Assembly (NCBI GenBank): GCA_030704615.1
Contig: CM060731.1
Location: 5,766,001-5,830,000 of the forward strand
DNA length: 64,000 bases
Source of the DNA: Takakia lepidozioides
Taxonomy: Eukaryota; Plantae; Bryophyta
Direction: 5' to 3'
Shown: in pieces, positions 41,616 through 54,507 of the stretch
Layout: every line of letters starts with the position of its first letter
Numbering within the stretch: position 1 is the first letter of the stretch
The notes under the pieces: generated by a model
The model's database searches: none
Seen by the model: the letters and a program-made list of their open reading frames with translations, nothing else
What the model was told of the DNA's origin: nothing
Program-made: the position numbers and the translations under genes

Positions 41616-44240
41616 TATGGTGAGAATGGCTGGATTCAAATGAGTTGCGGGAATTGATTGGGAATCTTTTAAGCAGGTGCCTTGAAGTTCTTGCCAGAGA
41701 CTTGTTGATTTGATGGGCGATATCCTATTCGAGCTGCCTCTTTCCTCCGCGAGTTGGAGGTGTAACAATCATGATGCATGAATGGACATGAAACCGACGG
41801 GCACCCCGTGTGGCAGAACAAAACAGTCCAATATGCATAATGATGACAAGCTTGTTTTCCAGGAGGACAGTTTGCAAGGACACCTTAGGTGTGATAATTT
41901 GAATTGCAGACCTTTTCTTCAGTCTGGGGTTCATAATCAAAGCGAATGGGGAGGGTCTGGCGAAAATCCATTTCAGCCTGGACTGCCCCCCACCGGGCAA
42001 CCACTTTCGTCTGCAAATTCTTCAAACTTGTGTCATCATGCTTGCGCTCTGTCGGAGCAAGAATACTATGTTGTCCCCGTTTGAAAAAATGACAAGAGCT
42101 TGTGGGCTTTCGGATTTCCTAACCCTCCTGTCTTAAAGGTGGATACAGGGAGAGTGTTGAGACAGTATCGAGGTTGATTAAACTAGGATTCGGGAGAAAC
42201 CCATCCGCAACAACCATCTGCAATGCTCTTGGCGCAAGCAGTCCTTCTTGGAAGCCATATTTTGAGTGAAGGGAATTCTGTGGGGACTAAACTTTGACAG
42301 CTGCAGCATTGGAACGGGTCAATGGATCATTTCTCCACTTTAAGTTCACCTAACATTGGCATCAGATCAATGCATTGAGAATGGCCCTGGGATCAGAGGC
42401 TACAGAACATAGACACATTTTGGAATTGAAACAGAGTGAGCAATACAGTCCATCCAGGACAATGTAGTTCCGATGTCAAGATGCCAATCAAAGTTTTTTT
42501 TTTCAAAATGTCGACTGTTGGGGAGGGCAGTGGGGTAGCCTCGTGAAGCGGATGCAGAAGACTGGGGAATTGCAGAACTGTTTTCTTATGTTGATCATGT
42601 GAAACGAGTGAAGGAGTGGACGACAATGGCTTGTCATGTCTACGATCCATGTACCAACGAGTTATGACAAATTGCAGTTTGTGACATGCAATCCGAGGAT
42701 ACGAATCCCAGAAGCTCATGTGGAAATTCCCTCATACGTGTCATGGCTGCCATCTCCAATTTCGCAGGTTTCATGGCGGATAGTGTCAAGCAAATTTCAA
42801 TGTTGTTCGTATTGTCTTCGGATCGGGCGACCCAAAGTGCATATGCCAGGAAGAGAGCGTACATGTCTATTCCATTGGACCAATCTCTGGAAAAACATAC
42901 AAGTCGGACATCAAACCAGAATGCAGACTCAGCACACGTAAATTTGTGCAAAGAGTACAAAGATGCTAGAACAATGAAGGAGGCGACACTGTTCCAGACA
43001 TTCGTGCGTGGTGGTTCTCTTCTGGAGCTGCAATCACTTGGAGTATGAGAGCATTGGAAGATTGGCTAGCGTTTTTGCACTTCCGTATAGACAGTGGGGA
43101 GCAGCCATGTCAATTGGTACGAGGCTTATATTTTTGTTTTATTCATACATTTGCTTTCCATTTTATTGTGTCCTCGCTTTCCTTTATGTTGTTTTCTTTT
43201 CACTATTTTGAAGTGTGGTTCTGCCACTTTGCAGAACATGTCCATTGAGGAAAGGCAGACATGTCATCTTGTAATTTGGCAGAAACTTGCACAACGCATG
43301 GTTACAACAGCAGTCTGGGAAAACGAGGTCGAGGATTGTATGTGGCAACAACAGATGATTTGATACGTGTCTTGCCCCCAAACCCGATACCGTGATTTCT
43401 TACGAGGTGGGGTGGTGGCAAGGGTCCGACAAATGAAGTTGATGTTGTGTGCTGCAAACAGATCTGGGGATCCAATCAAGATAGCACGGGCGGTGAGCAT
43501 GTATGCCCAGGGAACGCCACTTGTTTCTAGAGTTCCACATCTTGAAGGGGATGAGAGATTCGGCTCCTGTAAGAGGAAATTGAACACTCCACCTGGTTCG
43601 GATTCAGATTCCCACAGGGCAGACCGTGATAACTTCTCGAAGCCTCGTGTTCCCCTGCATGACAGCTCCATGTCCGGAACCTCCATTGTGGAGGAACTTC
43701 CAACACGACGGCATGTTCCAGCATCAAACAGTGCCACTGAAATGGTGCAGGAGAGAAACAACCCCCTTGATGTGCTTGAGTCCGCATGCCCCGACCACGT
43801 TTGGCACATAGAACGCACAAGTGTAGGGTCTCGTGTGAAATGTACAACGATCACGGCAACTAATTTCGAGAAGTGCACTTCATCTATATCCAGAGGTGGT
43901 GCCCGAACTCCTGCTCCGATTTTTTTCACGGGCTTGATGCGTCCATACGGTCAACCATGAATTACGACATAAGTATTGATGCGTCGTTCACTACGCACAT
44001 TGCAGCCACGACTTGATGCCCAAGCTCGCAATCACATTGCAAAGGAGGCATTTCGCGCCGATCTACTTGCAGAATTTGTGCCAGAGCATGTGCCCGATGT
44101 GACCAGTTGGTTCCCCCAGCAACACGTAGATGAGATGCGTAGGGTCGAGGGGTATCGTAGGTGTCGTAGGCGTTATGGCCGGCAACGAGCAGGCCCACCC
44201 CCCCCCCCCCCCCTCCAGTTTCCTCAGGCGGTCCCCTGAT
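41616..44240 (+). pseudogene. Mutator-like DDE transposase, frameshifted
   Basis: Reconstructed motifs: GDILFELP, GHLRCDNLNC (Cys/His N-terminal domain), YVDHVKRVKEWTTMACHVYDP, IAVCDMQSEDT, FAGFMADS.QANFNVVRIVFGSGDP, ERTCLFHW (CxxH), WLAFLHFR. Superfamily assignment is by motif resemblance. Confidence 0.7.
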
Positions 44241-44464
44241 TGTGGCCCCCCCCCCCTCTGTTTCTTTGCCTAATCCACCTCCGGTTGTACCTGATCCGGA
44301 CGTTGTTGGGTTGTTGGCTAATGACAAGGGCCTCGGTGGTAGGCCTGCTGTCCTCTGCGTAATCGGCCATCCCTGCCGATTCTCCCTTGGTGGCCGATTC
44401 GGCCGGAGAGTTAGGCAGAGAAAGTGGCAGAATCTGCCAAACCTACTTTTAACGTGAGCTGTCC

Positions 44465-44651
44465 CTCCATGTGGCTTCCCTTACAGTGAACGTGCTCCTC
44501 CATGTGGCTTCCCTTACAGTGAACGTGCTCGCGTGAGCACAATCCACGATAATAAGTTCTACCCCATGGCATTAGGTCTTCAGCCTTCCTTTGTACTAGA
44601 GAAGTTCTACCCCACGGCATTAGGTCTTCAGCCTTCCTTTGTACTAGAGAA
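44465..44651. repeat. Two adjacent tandem duplications (33 bp x2 and 48 bp x2)
   Basis: 44465-44497/44498-44530 identical; 44554-44601/44602-44649 differ at one base. Confidence 0.95.
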
Positions 44652-45752
44652 CGGGCCGGGTAGGGCAAATTCTGCCCTGTAATAAAAGCGGCACTGCGCG
44701 AGGCTGGTAGGTCGAGCCCTGTGGCCGCTTCCAGGGCAGAGTCGGCCCTACCCGGCCTTCGCTGGTCTTGAAAGGAGGTTGTGGAGTACTCTCGTTGCTA
44801 CTTGGCGCAATTTGATTGGGGTTGAATTGTCGCATATGGAAGCCCATATTGAGAACCCAGTGGAGGATATAACTTAGATCAAAAGGATTGTCATAGGAAG
44901 TTTCCTGCTAGTGGTGCTTCTACTCTGATTGTGTAGCCTCCGCAAGGTGTCACTGAACCCTAAGCACTTAGTGTACTTATGATTGCCCTTCAAGGGATTG
45001 ACTTTAGCATGCTGGCAGTCTAAGAAGCTTTCACCCTTTCCACATTTGTTTTCTTGGGATTGAAAGCCTTTAAAACTAACATCAAAGCTCCAATCACCTG
45101 TCCCAAGAGACTGTTCTTCATAGCACTCCAACAGCAACCTCTTCCAAATCTCAAGGGGTGTTCTCGAAAGCCTCGCCAAACACTCAGTGATCAGGTTTGA
45201 GAAAGTGTTCAATGACTGACTCAAAGAGGACCTGACTCATCCATAATAGCAAGCAATCCAAAAACCAATGCAACCATCCATTTCATTACACCTTTCCCAG
45301 ACTTCAAATAGAACGACTCTGTCAATAAGGAACTCCCATCTGCCTACCAAGTCATCCTTTCTACAAAATTACTACCTTCTACAGATAAAACATTACAAAC
45401 TTCACGCTGCAAAGAAGGCAATCAACAATGTGGCCCGATGCCCTCTGAATGGAAGGGCTGTGTAAGAAATTGAGCATTACCACTTTGCTTGTTCATCAAA
45501 TTAGTGCCAAATCCAATCATGAGCAAATATAGAGAAGAGTATCAGCTGGAAGGAACTGGGGACATCTACCCCACCCCCCTCTACATATGAGCCCTTCCAA
45601 CACTTGTTTCTGCTGAGGCTGCTGCTACAAACCACCCACATCCCGCAGTGATGTCTCTAGTGACAAATATGGGAGGTAGTCAGATCAACCTCCTGTTTGG
45701 CCTGGCCACCACCTGGATGCTGAGATACACAACTGCGTTGAAAATATTGGGC

Positions 45753-48185
45753 TTAAAACCCATGGATCTTGATCAGATCCTTCTTAACAACACCAGCCTG
45801 TGTCCACAAAACAGACACAAATGTGAGAGAGACAACAACGTGAACAGCTACACAGAACCTTGAGAAAGTCACAACACACACGGCAGCATTCAACAGTGAT
45901 CAACTATGTCCTCATCTTCCATCCAGGAAGTAAACAGTTCTAACTGACAAATTCATGCCGTGAGATGAGGACATGGAAAACCAATGCTCACCTGTACGAG
46001 AAACTGTGAAACATTCTTGCGCTGGTCGCCCTGAAGCTGTATCACCTGTATTACATCCAGCATGCAAATCACATCAGCATACCTCTACAAGACAGGTGGT
46101 GGAAGACGTCTTCACCAACAAGGCCCCCACAGAGCGCACATTCCATCCTCCCAATTAATGAAATGGGAGCACATTCCATCCCAATTAATCGCTTCTCTAC
46201 CCTACTTGGACCAAATGATAGTTGAGACCCAGATGGACCTCAAGAAAAATCATGCTACTGCTAGAAAAGTGATTCAACCATCTTTGCATACATGGCTGAG
46301 GTTTGATTGCAGTTTGACACGGACATGTACCACCTACCACAAGACAGTGGTGACTTTTGTGTTGAAGTTTTTCAGAGTGGCAGCTGCAGCTATACAGATA
46401 AACCAAGTTTCAAGAGCAAGAAAAATGGAAGAGACATACCTGACCCAGCTCAGGGTCTTGCACAACTGTCCCGTTGCAACAAAATTCCTGCACGTACCAA
46501 GTAGCTACAAATGAGATGTAGTGTAGCATATAAAGTCAAGCCAAGTACACCCCATGCTATGGGAAATCCATACTACGGCCCCATAGCTAGGCGCGGTGAC
46601 AGTCGCTAGAATATGCAATGTCTCTGAACTGCCAATGGTTAGCGAGAGAGTCATGAATCTACCCAACACCACAACAGATCAAACAAATTCCACATCCAAA
46701 GAGTAAGTTGGTGAAGGAAGCTGACCACAGCTCAGGCGGATAGAAATTTAGGTTAAATCCATAACAACCCCATATTCCAAAACTTCACCTTATTAAATCC
46801 AGTGAAGAATCAAAGGCATGCCCTGACTAGAAATAATGGACTGAAATGATAGTCTTTTGACCCTGCCCCTCACTCCTCAGCATTCGCCTCTGCAGGAGCT
46901 CACAAGCCATTAAGGAACAAATCCAGATGCAAGTAGTCCAAACCTTCTTGAAATCCTTTAGAATTTTGTTGTAGTTGAACTCCTTTTTCAGCCCCTGCAC
47001 AGTTGTTAAACTCTTTCTTCCGTTGCGCTGCTGTACCCGGACATGTACATAGTCTTTCGACCCTGCCCCTGAGTCCTCAGCATTCGCCTCTGCGAACGGA
47101 TCTGATTTCCAACACCCCATGAACTCATCAGGGAAAGAGTACAGATCAGCTAGGCCAACCACACAATCGAAGTGATATCCTGACTTCCTGGACAATCCCA
47201 ACAAGACATCCAATAGGGAAGCGTAGTGGCATGAATGAGTTCCGAGTAAGATGGAATATATCCATCCATTTACTTGAACCTCAATATGCTAAAAAAGAAT
47301 TCATTCAGAACTTGTGAGGCCCCTGTACCCAACCCACTTCCCTGGAGCCAAAATGGAAAGAATCACACAATGAAAACCCCAGATCTAGCCTATCCGATCT
47401 ATTATACACGATGCAGAGAGTCAAGTGCCCAAGACGAGCTTTGATTCATAAAAGAAAGCCTTTCCTAGTGCACATGACAACCCACATCTGGGGCCCCGCT
47501 AAAAACACTTGATAATCTGGGCGATCCTTGAGAAAATAAAAAGTTCAACCTCAACGAATCTGCAACTGCCAACGTCAGGCAGCACATAACATCTTCGAGA
47601 ACCATGCAAAACAACGAAGATCTAGACATTACACCCTCTACCCCAAACAACAGATTGACTTTGACTTTATTCACTGGGGTTTCGCAGATGGGTTGATGAT
47701 TCATGATTCTAGAGCCTTCCGGACGCCGAGTGCACCCCGTACGATATTGCCATTCCAAAAGTGTACTCGATCAGACTAAGCAAGGGAGGTCAAAAATCAC
47801 ACCTTCCTACCTAAGCTTAACCTATTACTGATCAGCCGCACACAGATCTAGCATTTCAATAAGTCTCTGCCACCACAACAAGTCTCTCCCAATTTCTTTC
47901 TCCACCTTCAGAAAAGTTTCCACAGACTTGAAGCCCTGCATCCCCAGTTCTCTGCACGACTTACGGTGCAACCAAACATCTAAGACTGACCCAAAACACT
48001 CAAGCCTACTCCCCAACATCTACAGTTCACAATACCAGGGCAGATCGGCAGTAAAGCTTTCTCCTGAACACGTCTACGCAAGAACCAAAGGATGCCCTCA
48101 GATGCAACCCCACAAACAAGAACAAACCGGCATAGTGAGAAAGCGTACCAAAGGCGCCAGGGATCTGAATATCGAGATCTGACAT
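45753..48185 (-). CDS. eIF1: Eukaryotic translation initiation factor 1 (SUI1), 5 coding exons
   Basis: Exons 48185-48149, 47101-46944, 46487-46440, 46045-45992, 45797-45753: MSDLDIQIPGAFDPFAEANAED...VQQRNGRKSLTTVQGL...EFCCNGTVVQDPELGQVIQLQGDQRKNV...IKIHGF*. Confidence 0.98.
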
Positions 48186-49675
48186 GAACCTGAATTGAGA
48201 GCACACAACCCAACTATCTGACAACTTGGCGCCTTGCCTTCTTTTCACAACCACAACACGGCCGTTCAGCAAACCCTCGCAAGACCCGCTCAAGAGAACA
48301 CAAAGACGACGAGATTCTGGGCAGATAAAGACGGAGAGACAACACACAGGCTGTTGGACGGTGCCTGAGGATGGATGCGAGACAGAGAGAAGAGAGAGAG
48401 TGTGTGTGTGTATGCGCGAAGAGCGAGGAAGAAGAAGTGGTGGCAACGGTTCCCTTCGGCGCTGCTATCCCTGCCCCCTTTCCACGGGGCAGTTTTGACG
48501 TTTCTTTTCATTTTTATTATTACTTTTCGAAAATCAAACAATCGGGGTTATTTCGGGGTTATTTCTAGTAGAAGTAATCACGAGTCGTGTTGGGGACAAG
48601 ATCTCACAGTAAGTTCGGCTTAATGTGGATGAATGACATTAGGAGGCATCCATCCACGTGTGCTGATGATTCGATGAAAAGCCGTAAGGCCACGGGAACC
48701 ACACATCCCTTGTGTACTTGACTCCCACCTTTCTATCACGGGTTGGACCAGTCGTTCCCAGTTCCCTGTGGCCGGCCCGTTATGGATCCACGTGGATATC
48801 GTTCACGCGTTTTAAGACGACAAAAATGGGCGGATGAATGGACAGGTGTTGGCCAGTGGTTGATTGAACTCGTGATGGTGTTCACACCTGGCCTAGGCAG
48901 AACCAAGCCTGCTCTTCCCGAGGCTCGTATCTCACCCCCCCTCCTATTTTTAACCGTGCCGCCCTGAGATCCTAAATTTTCTGTATTTATCTATTTTATA
49001 TGTATTCTGATTTTCTTTCACCCCTGATGTAGTATTCCTTAGTTTTGATCAGTTTTGGTATACAAGGTTTTTTTTGTTTTGGTTTTCTTTTTCTTCTTTT
49101 GGTTTCCCTGTTAGGATTGTTAGGAGGAATTTTCTTTTCTTTTTTCGCTGAAGGAAAGCGTGAGTGAAAGTTCCAAGTTTTTTTCGTTTTTTTTTTAATT
49201 TTTATTACAAGTTACAATGACCTTTGGGGGGGAGAATTAACAATTAACCCCCCCCTTCTCTGATAAGGGCAGACGGAACCACAGGGAATTGAGCCCCAGA
49301 CGTGGGCCAATGCACAGGATCCCGAGCAGCCCCCGTTGTAGCAAAATCTAAATCTACTGCATTTTCCTATAAAACAAAATAAAATAATAAAGTTTTACAG
49401 GGCTACAATCCCCCTGTTCTCTAAATTATTAAACAAAAATAAAAAAATTAAATAGGATATTTCAAATTAGGCATCCCCGATGCAGAGGCAAGTGGAGATA
49501 GGGCGGTGCGCGGTTACGGGTTGTCAGCCTCCATGGCCCGTCATGTCAGGTCATTTTTTCCTCATTATCAGTACATTTGGCCTATCTCAGGCCTTCCCCA
49601 AAAAAACAAAAAAGGAGGGTGCGTTGGGAGATGGAAAATGTAGGTAAGTTATTGATAATGAGGAAACTTGTTGGC

Positions 49676-49713
49676 AGGGTAGGGTAGGGTAGGGTAGGGT
49701 AGGGTAGGGTAGG
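49676..49713. repeat. (AGGGT)7 microsatellite
   Basis: Direct repeat run. Confidence 0.95.
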
Positions 49714-52473
49714 CCGTCCGAGGGAGTGTGTGAGTGTGAACAGGTAATGAGTGTGCTCACATGGAACATGTGTGGGTGCGTGAGGCGGGTTGTGTGAATG
49801 CGGCCACTGCATCCTGCAACAAGGAGACGAAGAAGAAGACCAAGACGAGAAGAGTGGGATGGGGTAGCAAGGTACGGTGTGGGGATTGCAGTGCGAGGGA
49901 TGTGTGAAAGAGAAATCGTGGCTGCATATCTTGAGATGCATGAAAGTCGGAGGGAGGGATAAACAAGCAAGTCAGAAGCGGCTGCTGCTCAGTCACTCCC
50001 CCCCCCTCCCCGCTTTGTCTCAAGTTGGCAGAACCCAGCTTGTGTGTGAGACAATTTATGTTTGCTTGGGCAGGGCAGATGCGTGACGATGGGCGGTAGG
50101 GTGACGAATTTTCCCTGAGGCGAAGTCGTCTGGGATTAAACTTTGGTGGGGCAGCACAATTTTGCGAACACTTCTCAGGAGTTGGATATCCGGCGGGCTG
50201 CAGAAAATGCCACAAGTCATTCTCGTGTCATTGGGAAAGCTTGCATTTACTGGGTTTGTCAGGACTGTCTGAAAGTTGAGGATTGAGCTTCCATTTGGTG
50301 GGGGCTGCGACCCATTTGAACATTTCATTAGATCCTTTAGAAGAGCTGAAACAAAAAGAGAGGAACGAAGGGGGGAAAGGAGGATGGGGTTTAGTGATGT
50401 CGGGATCGACTATTCCAGTAGAGATGGATCTTTCGGATCAGAAGGAGATCATTTTGGAAAACATTACCGGATTGGTAAGGGGCCTGAGATATGGAGGACC
50501 CTTAGGGATGTGGCAGTAAATGAAGGTTGAGGTGAATGCGGTATCATGGACCACGCTTATCGTGATGGCAAAATTGTTGCAGCTTTGGCACATGGGGTGC
50601 AGCTTGCCGGACCCGCCCACGCCAAGCATGGTTGGACGGTCTGTGGATGAATCTGACAAGCTTTTAGGCGCACTTTACTCTCCAGCGTTTACTTTATATC
50701 TCTACTCTCTTTTTCTACCTAAACAATGCTTTTTTGTACATTCTGTACAGACAGCTTGTTGAATCTTTCAGCCCAGGGCCAGGCATCCAAACACTAGTAT
50801 GGCCTCACGGAGGCCACCGCACTATACCTGGATGACATGTCTGGAAGGCGACAAAATGGAGAGGGCACACATGTCCTCCACTGCTGCCATCCTACTGTAT
50901 TCATTGCTTCTTCTCCTTTCAAAAATCTCCAAACCATATTCTGAGATTTCTTCTCAGTACGGAAAGCTCACTTTTTCTCAACCTCTTCTCTCAAAAAACC
51001 CCATACTGGAAGAGGATGACAAATATCTAACCCAAGGACAAAGATACTATTTACAAATTCTGTTGCCCCAGAGGAAGGGCAGACACCTACTTGTGTTACC
51101 AGTATTCAGTTCCAACTTCTAAACATTAAGCATCCTATGCACACTAAAAGAAGTTTCTAATTTCTATATTACAGAAGGTCAGCACATTTGTTCTCATTCT
51201 CAGAGGAGGTAGTGCTAAATGACATGAACATCAAGCAATTCTCTGGAGTGTACTCAGTAACTCTTCATGAAATGTAAACAGGACTAGTCGCTTCATCAAT
51301 GTATCGGTGATACCATCTGTTAGCTCCACAGACCGTGGCTCACAGATATAGAACAAGCCTATTGGTGTGCTGCACATGTGGGATCTAGTGACAGCCGTTT
51401 TCTATGACTAGACAAAGAATGTTGACAGGATATCTGGGTATGGGCTTAATGGTACTCCACTGCATGCTTTGCATAAACCACATACAAAAATTCTCACACC
51501 GCCCATCAAAACAGACACATCTGAAACAAAGCATGCCCAAAAACTCAAAATCTTCCCTAATGTGTTCTTTCAAGTGTTTTGCTCATACAGTTTTGGTACA
51601 CTACACATGAACCAGGCAGACTCTGCTGGCAATCATCAGCTTCATTTCAGATTCTAATTTTGACTGAAGAGAAGTTCTGTGATACCAATCCGATTGAGAC
51701 TGTTTTCTGTGGTGCAATATCTGTGGGACAGACTGAACAAATGCCACTCTATTCACTTCCCCATCTAGTGTTTAACCAAGTACTAGGTTTCCTATCTTAA
51801 ATTTATGGCTCCTCTAGTTCTTAAAGAGTCATTCATTAATAAGAACAACATATATTGTCTCAGTCCCCTCGTAACGATCAACAATCCAAACACGTACCTT
51901 GTAACACTTACCATGTGCACTCAGAGACAACGTCGTCAGGGCCCACAGGTGGGATGCCAGTACTCTGCAGCTGCTGTGAAGCCAAAGAAATGTGGGGGTA
52001 GAACGGCTAATGGATGCAAAACCCATATAAAATTATGGTCACTGCCATGTGAGTGGTTGTAAGACTAAGAGTTGAATCTACTGTTGTCAAGGTACTCGGC
52101 GGTGGGCTTAACTTCATCCTTGCATAAATTGTATTGCTAATACTTGTCCACTGACCTCACCAGGGCCAGTTCCTCATAACAAGAATTAAGCTGTAAACAA
52201 CCTCACTGTCTGTAGTACTCTTTTCGCAGGGTGATCTAAACCTTCATGTGAATGATTCTGCATGAGCAAACATTCAGTGCATGTGACTATCAATTATTGA
52301 AGTTTTAACTGTAGAGCCCAGCTGAGCAGATATACCTACAGACCTTTCAGCATACAGACCACCACTTGACAGGTATTTATGAGGGAGTCGTGACAAAACC
52401 CCAGCTTCCAAAGGGAGTGCTCAGTTGATGCTCTACGAACTTGGCAGGAGAACCAGGTGATAGAAGAAAAATC

Positions 52474-54507
52474 TCAGAAGAAATCAGTGATGCAGCGGCT
52501 GCCTGGTGGAGGATTCGAGGGCAACTTTTTCGGTGCCCTTTTTTGGTGGGGTCTGCCAGAAATAGACTCATTTTGGTTTCCTCTTTTCTCCCCATCAGCA
52601 CCATCACCGTCTTCTTCACTCTCTTCACCCTCGTGGCCAGAATCTAGCAGGGTAACAAGGTCATTACCCACACAATCACGAAATCGCCTGGTGCATGAAA
52701 TGTTCTATTAGTCCTCAAAAAATTTGAGTGAGGCTCAAAAGCAGGTGCCACATCTCTAGCTTGTCATGGACAGAAGCAGAATACAAAGTCAGCTTCAGAA
52801 GGGAAGGTTCATGGGCTGACCCCTCTGTGTCTCAATCAACCTTGGTGTGATGGATTTGCCACTGAAGATTATTACTTCGAAGACAAACTTTTGCCTCTGA
52901 TAACAGTAGAGTAAAAAGCTGTCTCTCAAATTGTTCCCCTTCTCCACCAGTAGACAAGTGCCGAATAAGCCCTCAACCAGGAAAACAATTCCAGATCCAG
53001 GAGGGGTGAGCCCTCTGTGTTTCAATCAACCTTGGTGTGATAGATTTGCCACTGAAGTTTCTTACTTTGAAGACAAACATTCTTCAAGTAAAAATGCTGT
53101 CTCTCTAAGCCATACTCCAAATTGTTCCCCGTCTTCAAAGGTAAGAGAACCACCAAATAAGCCCTTAATCAGGAAAGCAGCTCCAGATCCAGGAGGATAT
53201 GAATGGCTTCAAGACTAAAGCACCAAGCACTACACTCATTAGTAGACAAGCCTGTAGAGTAAGTATGAATTCCTGACATGGAGGGGAAGGAACTGTCAGA
53301 AAAGCAAGCAATGGCATCAGAACCTAACTATAACCATCGGCTGATCTTCAAACATCACGGCAGCTGACTTTTGATGAGGAGAGATATGAATAGAGATAGA
53401 CGGTCTCCCTGGAGACAATGTTCCTGGTGGCTGGTTTCGGCATTGACGAGGGGCCTACCCGTCCTCTGAATGACCACCAATACACCAAGAGACCATTGCA
53501 GCATTCATATTGTCCCGTGACACTGCTTAGTCCCTTAAGAGGGATGTGATTACCAGGATTGGCAGGCTGTAGGGTTTCCAGGATAGGCCATGCTTGGATT
53601 GCCCTTCCAACAGGGGAGACTACTCTATGGTGGGTCTAAGGACATGGGGCCCCTGAGACCACTGCACCACTAATGAGTCCAATCCTTGCGGCAGATTACA
53701 GCTCCAGAGGTCACATCTTTTGCATACCGCTAGGTACTTGCTGAGTATGTTTCGACTTCCACAGCTTAAGATGTGATACTCACATCCAAAGGTGATGAGT
53801 GCTCGCTTGGACATCGGATGGAGGAAATATTCATCACGACAGCTCTAATATCCACAGCGCGAAGATTTCTAGTAGTAGTCTATGTTTGACAGAACACACA
53901 CTAACCTGCTGGATTTGGCACCAAGGATGACATCCTGCCCACGAATACTCTTGCGCTTATTTTGGAGCATGACAGAAAACGCCGCCGCGGACAAGCTCTC
54001 TAGGAACAATGCTGTTGCCTGGGTGGTAATGACAATCCCATCACTGGCGACTAGACGAATATCTGGATCGAGCTTCATGATCCTTTTCACTCTGCTGGCC
54101 GGAAACGGTGCAATATACTCGGGCCCAGCTGGAATTGTTTCTGTCTCATCTGGAGCACCCTCTACACCGTTTGGAGAGGGGTTTTCTGCATTTGGCGAAG
54201 TCTGTCCTGCAGGAGACGGACACTCGCTGCCTCTCTTTTCAATAGTTTCTTCTTCAACGGTGACATCCTTTTGCAATTGTTCAGTTTCATTTGCTCCTTT
54301 CGCACTGTCGGGTTGCATAGGCTCCGCCAAGAGAGGACTCTCACATGGACGGTTGTCCAGAGCACCATAGTCTTCATTACCCTTGTCTTCATCTCCGTTC
54401 TCATTTTTCTTCCCCACGTCATCATTACTGGAATCCGGACCTCGGTTTTGTTGCAGAGGGGACCCTGAGGAAGTATTTGGGTCATCCAGTTCCTGCGTCT
54501 CAGACAT
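52474..54507 (-). CDS. H2A-like histone-fold protein, NF-YC13/DPB3 (Pol epsilon/CHRAC accessory) type
   Basis: Exons 54507-53906 and 52687-52474; FPASRVKRIMKLDPDI...ATALFLESL...KRKSI; C-terminal PPPGSRCITDFF resembles the NF-YC13 tail. A short upstream exon near 54753 is possible. Confidence 0.88.
52819..53196. repeat. Diverged ~190-bp tandem duplication in the histone-fold gene intron
   Basis: CCCTCTGTGTyTCAATCAACCTTGGTGTGAT...CCAGATCCAGGAGG occurs twice. Confidence 0.85.

Larger units (their letters stand above)
34024..44457. mobile_element. Putative large Mutator-like DNA transposon with divergent ParB-like accessory gene and host-gene fragments
   Basis: Degenerate ~120-bp inverted ends: both begin TCACG and share ATTCTGCC, GGCCnAATCGGCCA and GGATGGCCGATTAYGCA; transposase relic on +; no TSD found, so limits are tentative. 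Confidence 0.6.

Noticed and set aside
34024-44457. CACTA/EnSpm assignment from the CACG-like ends
   Set aside because: Ends are not CACTA/CACTG, no 3-bp TSD, and the transposase motifs look Mutator-like.
50440-50570. PPR-like relic (VNAVSWTTLI)
   Set aside because: Single short motif among stops; too little support.
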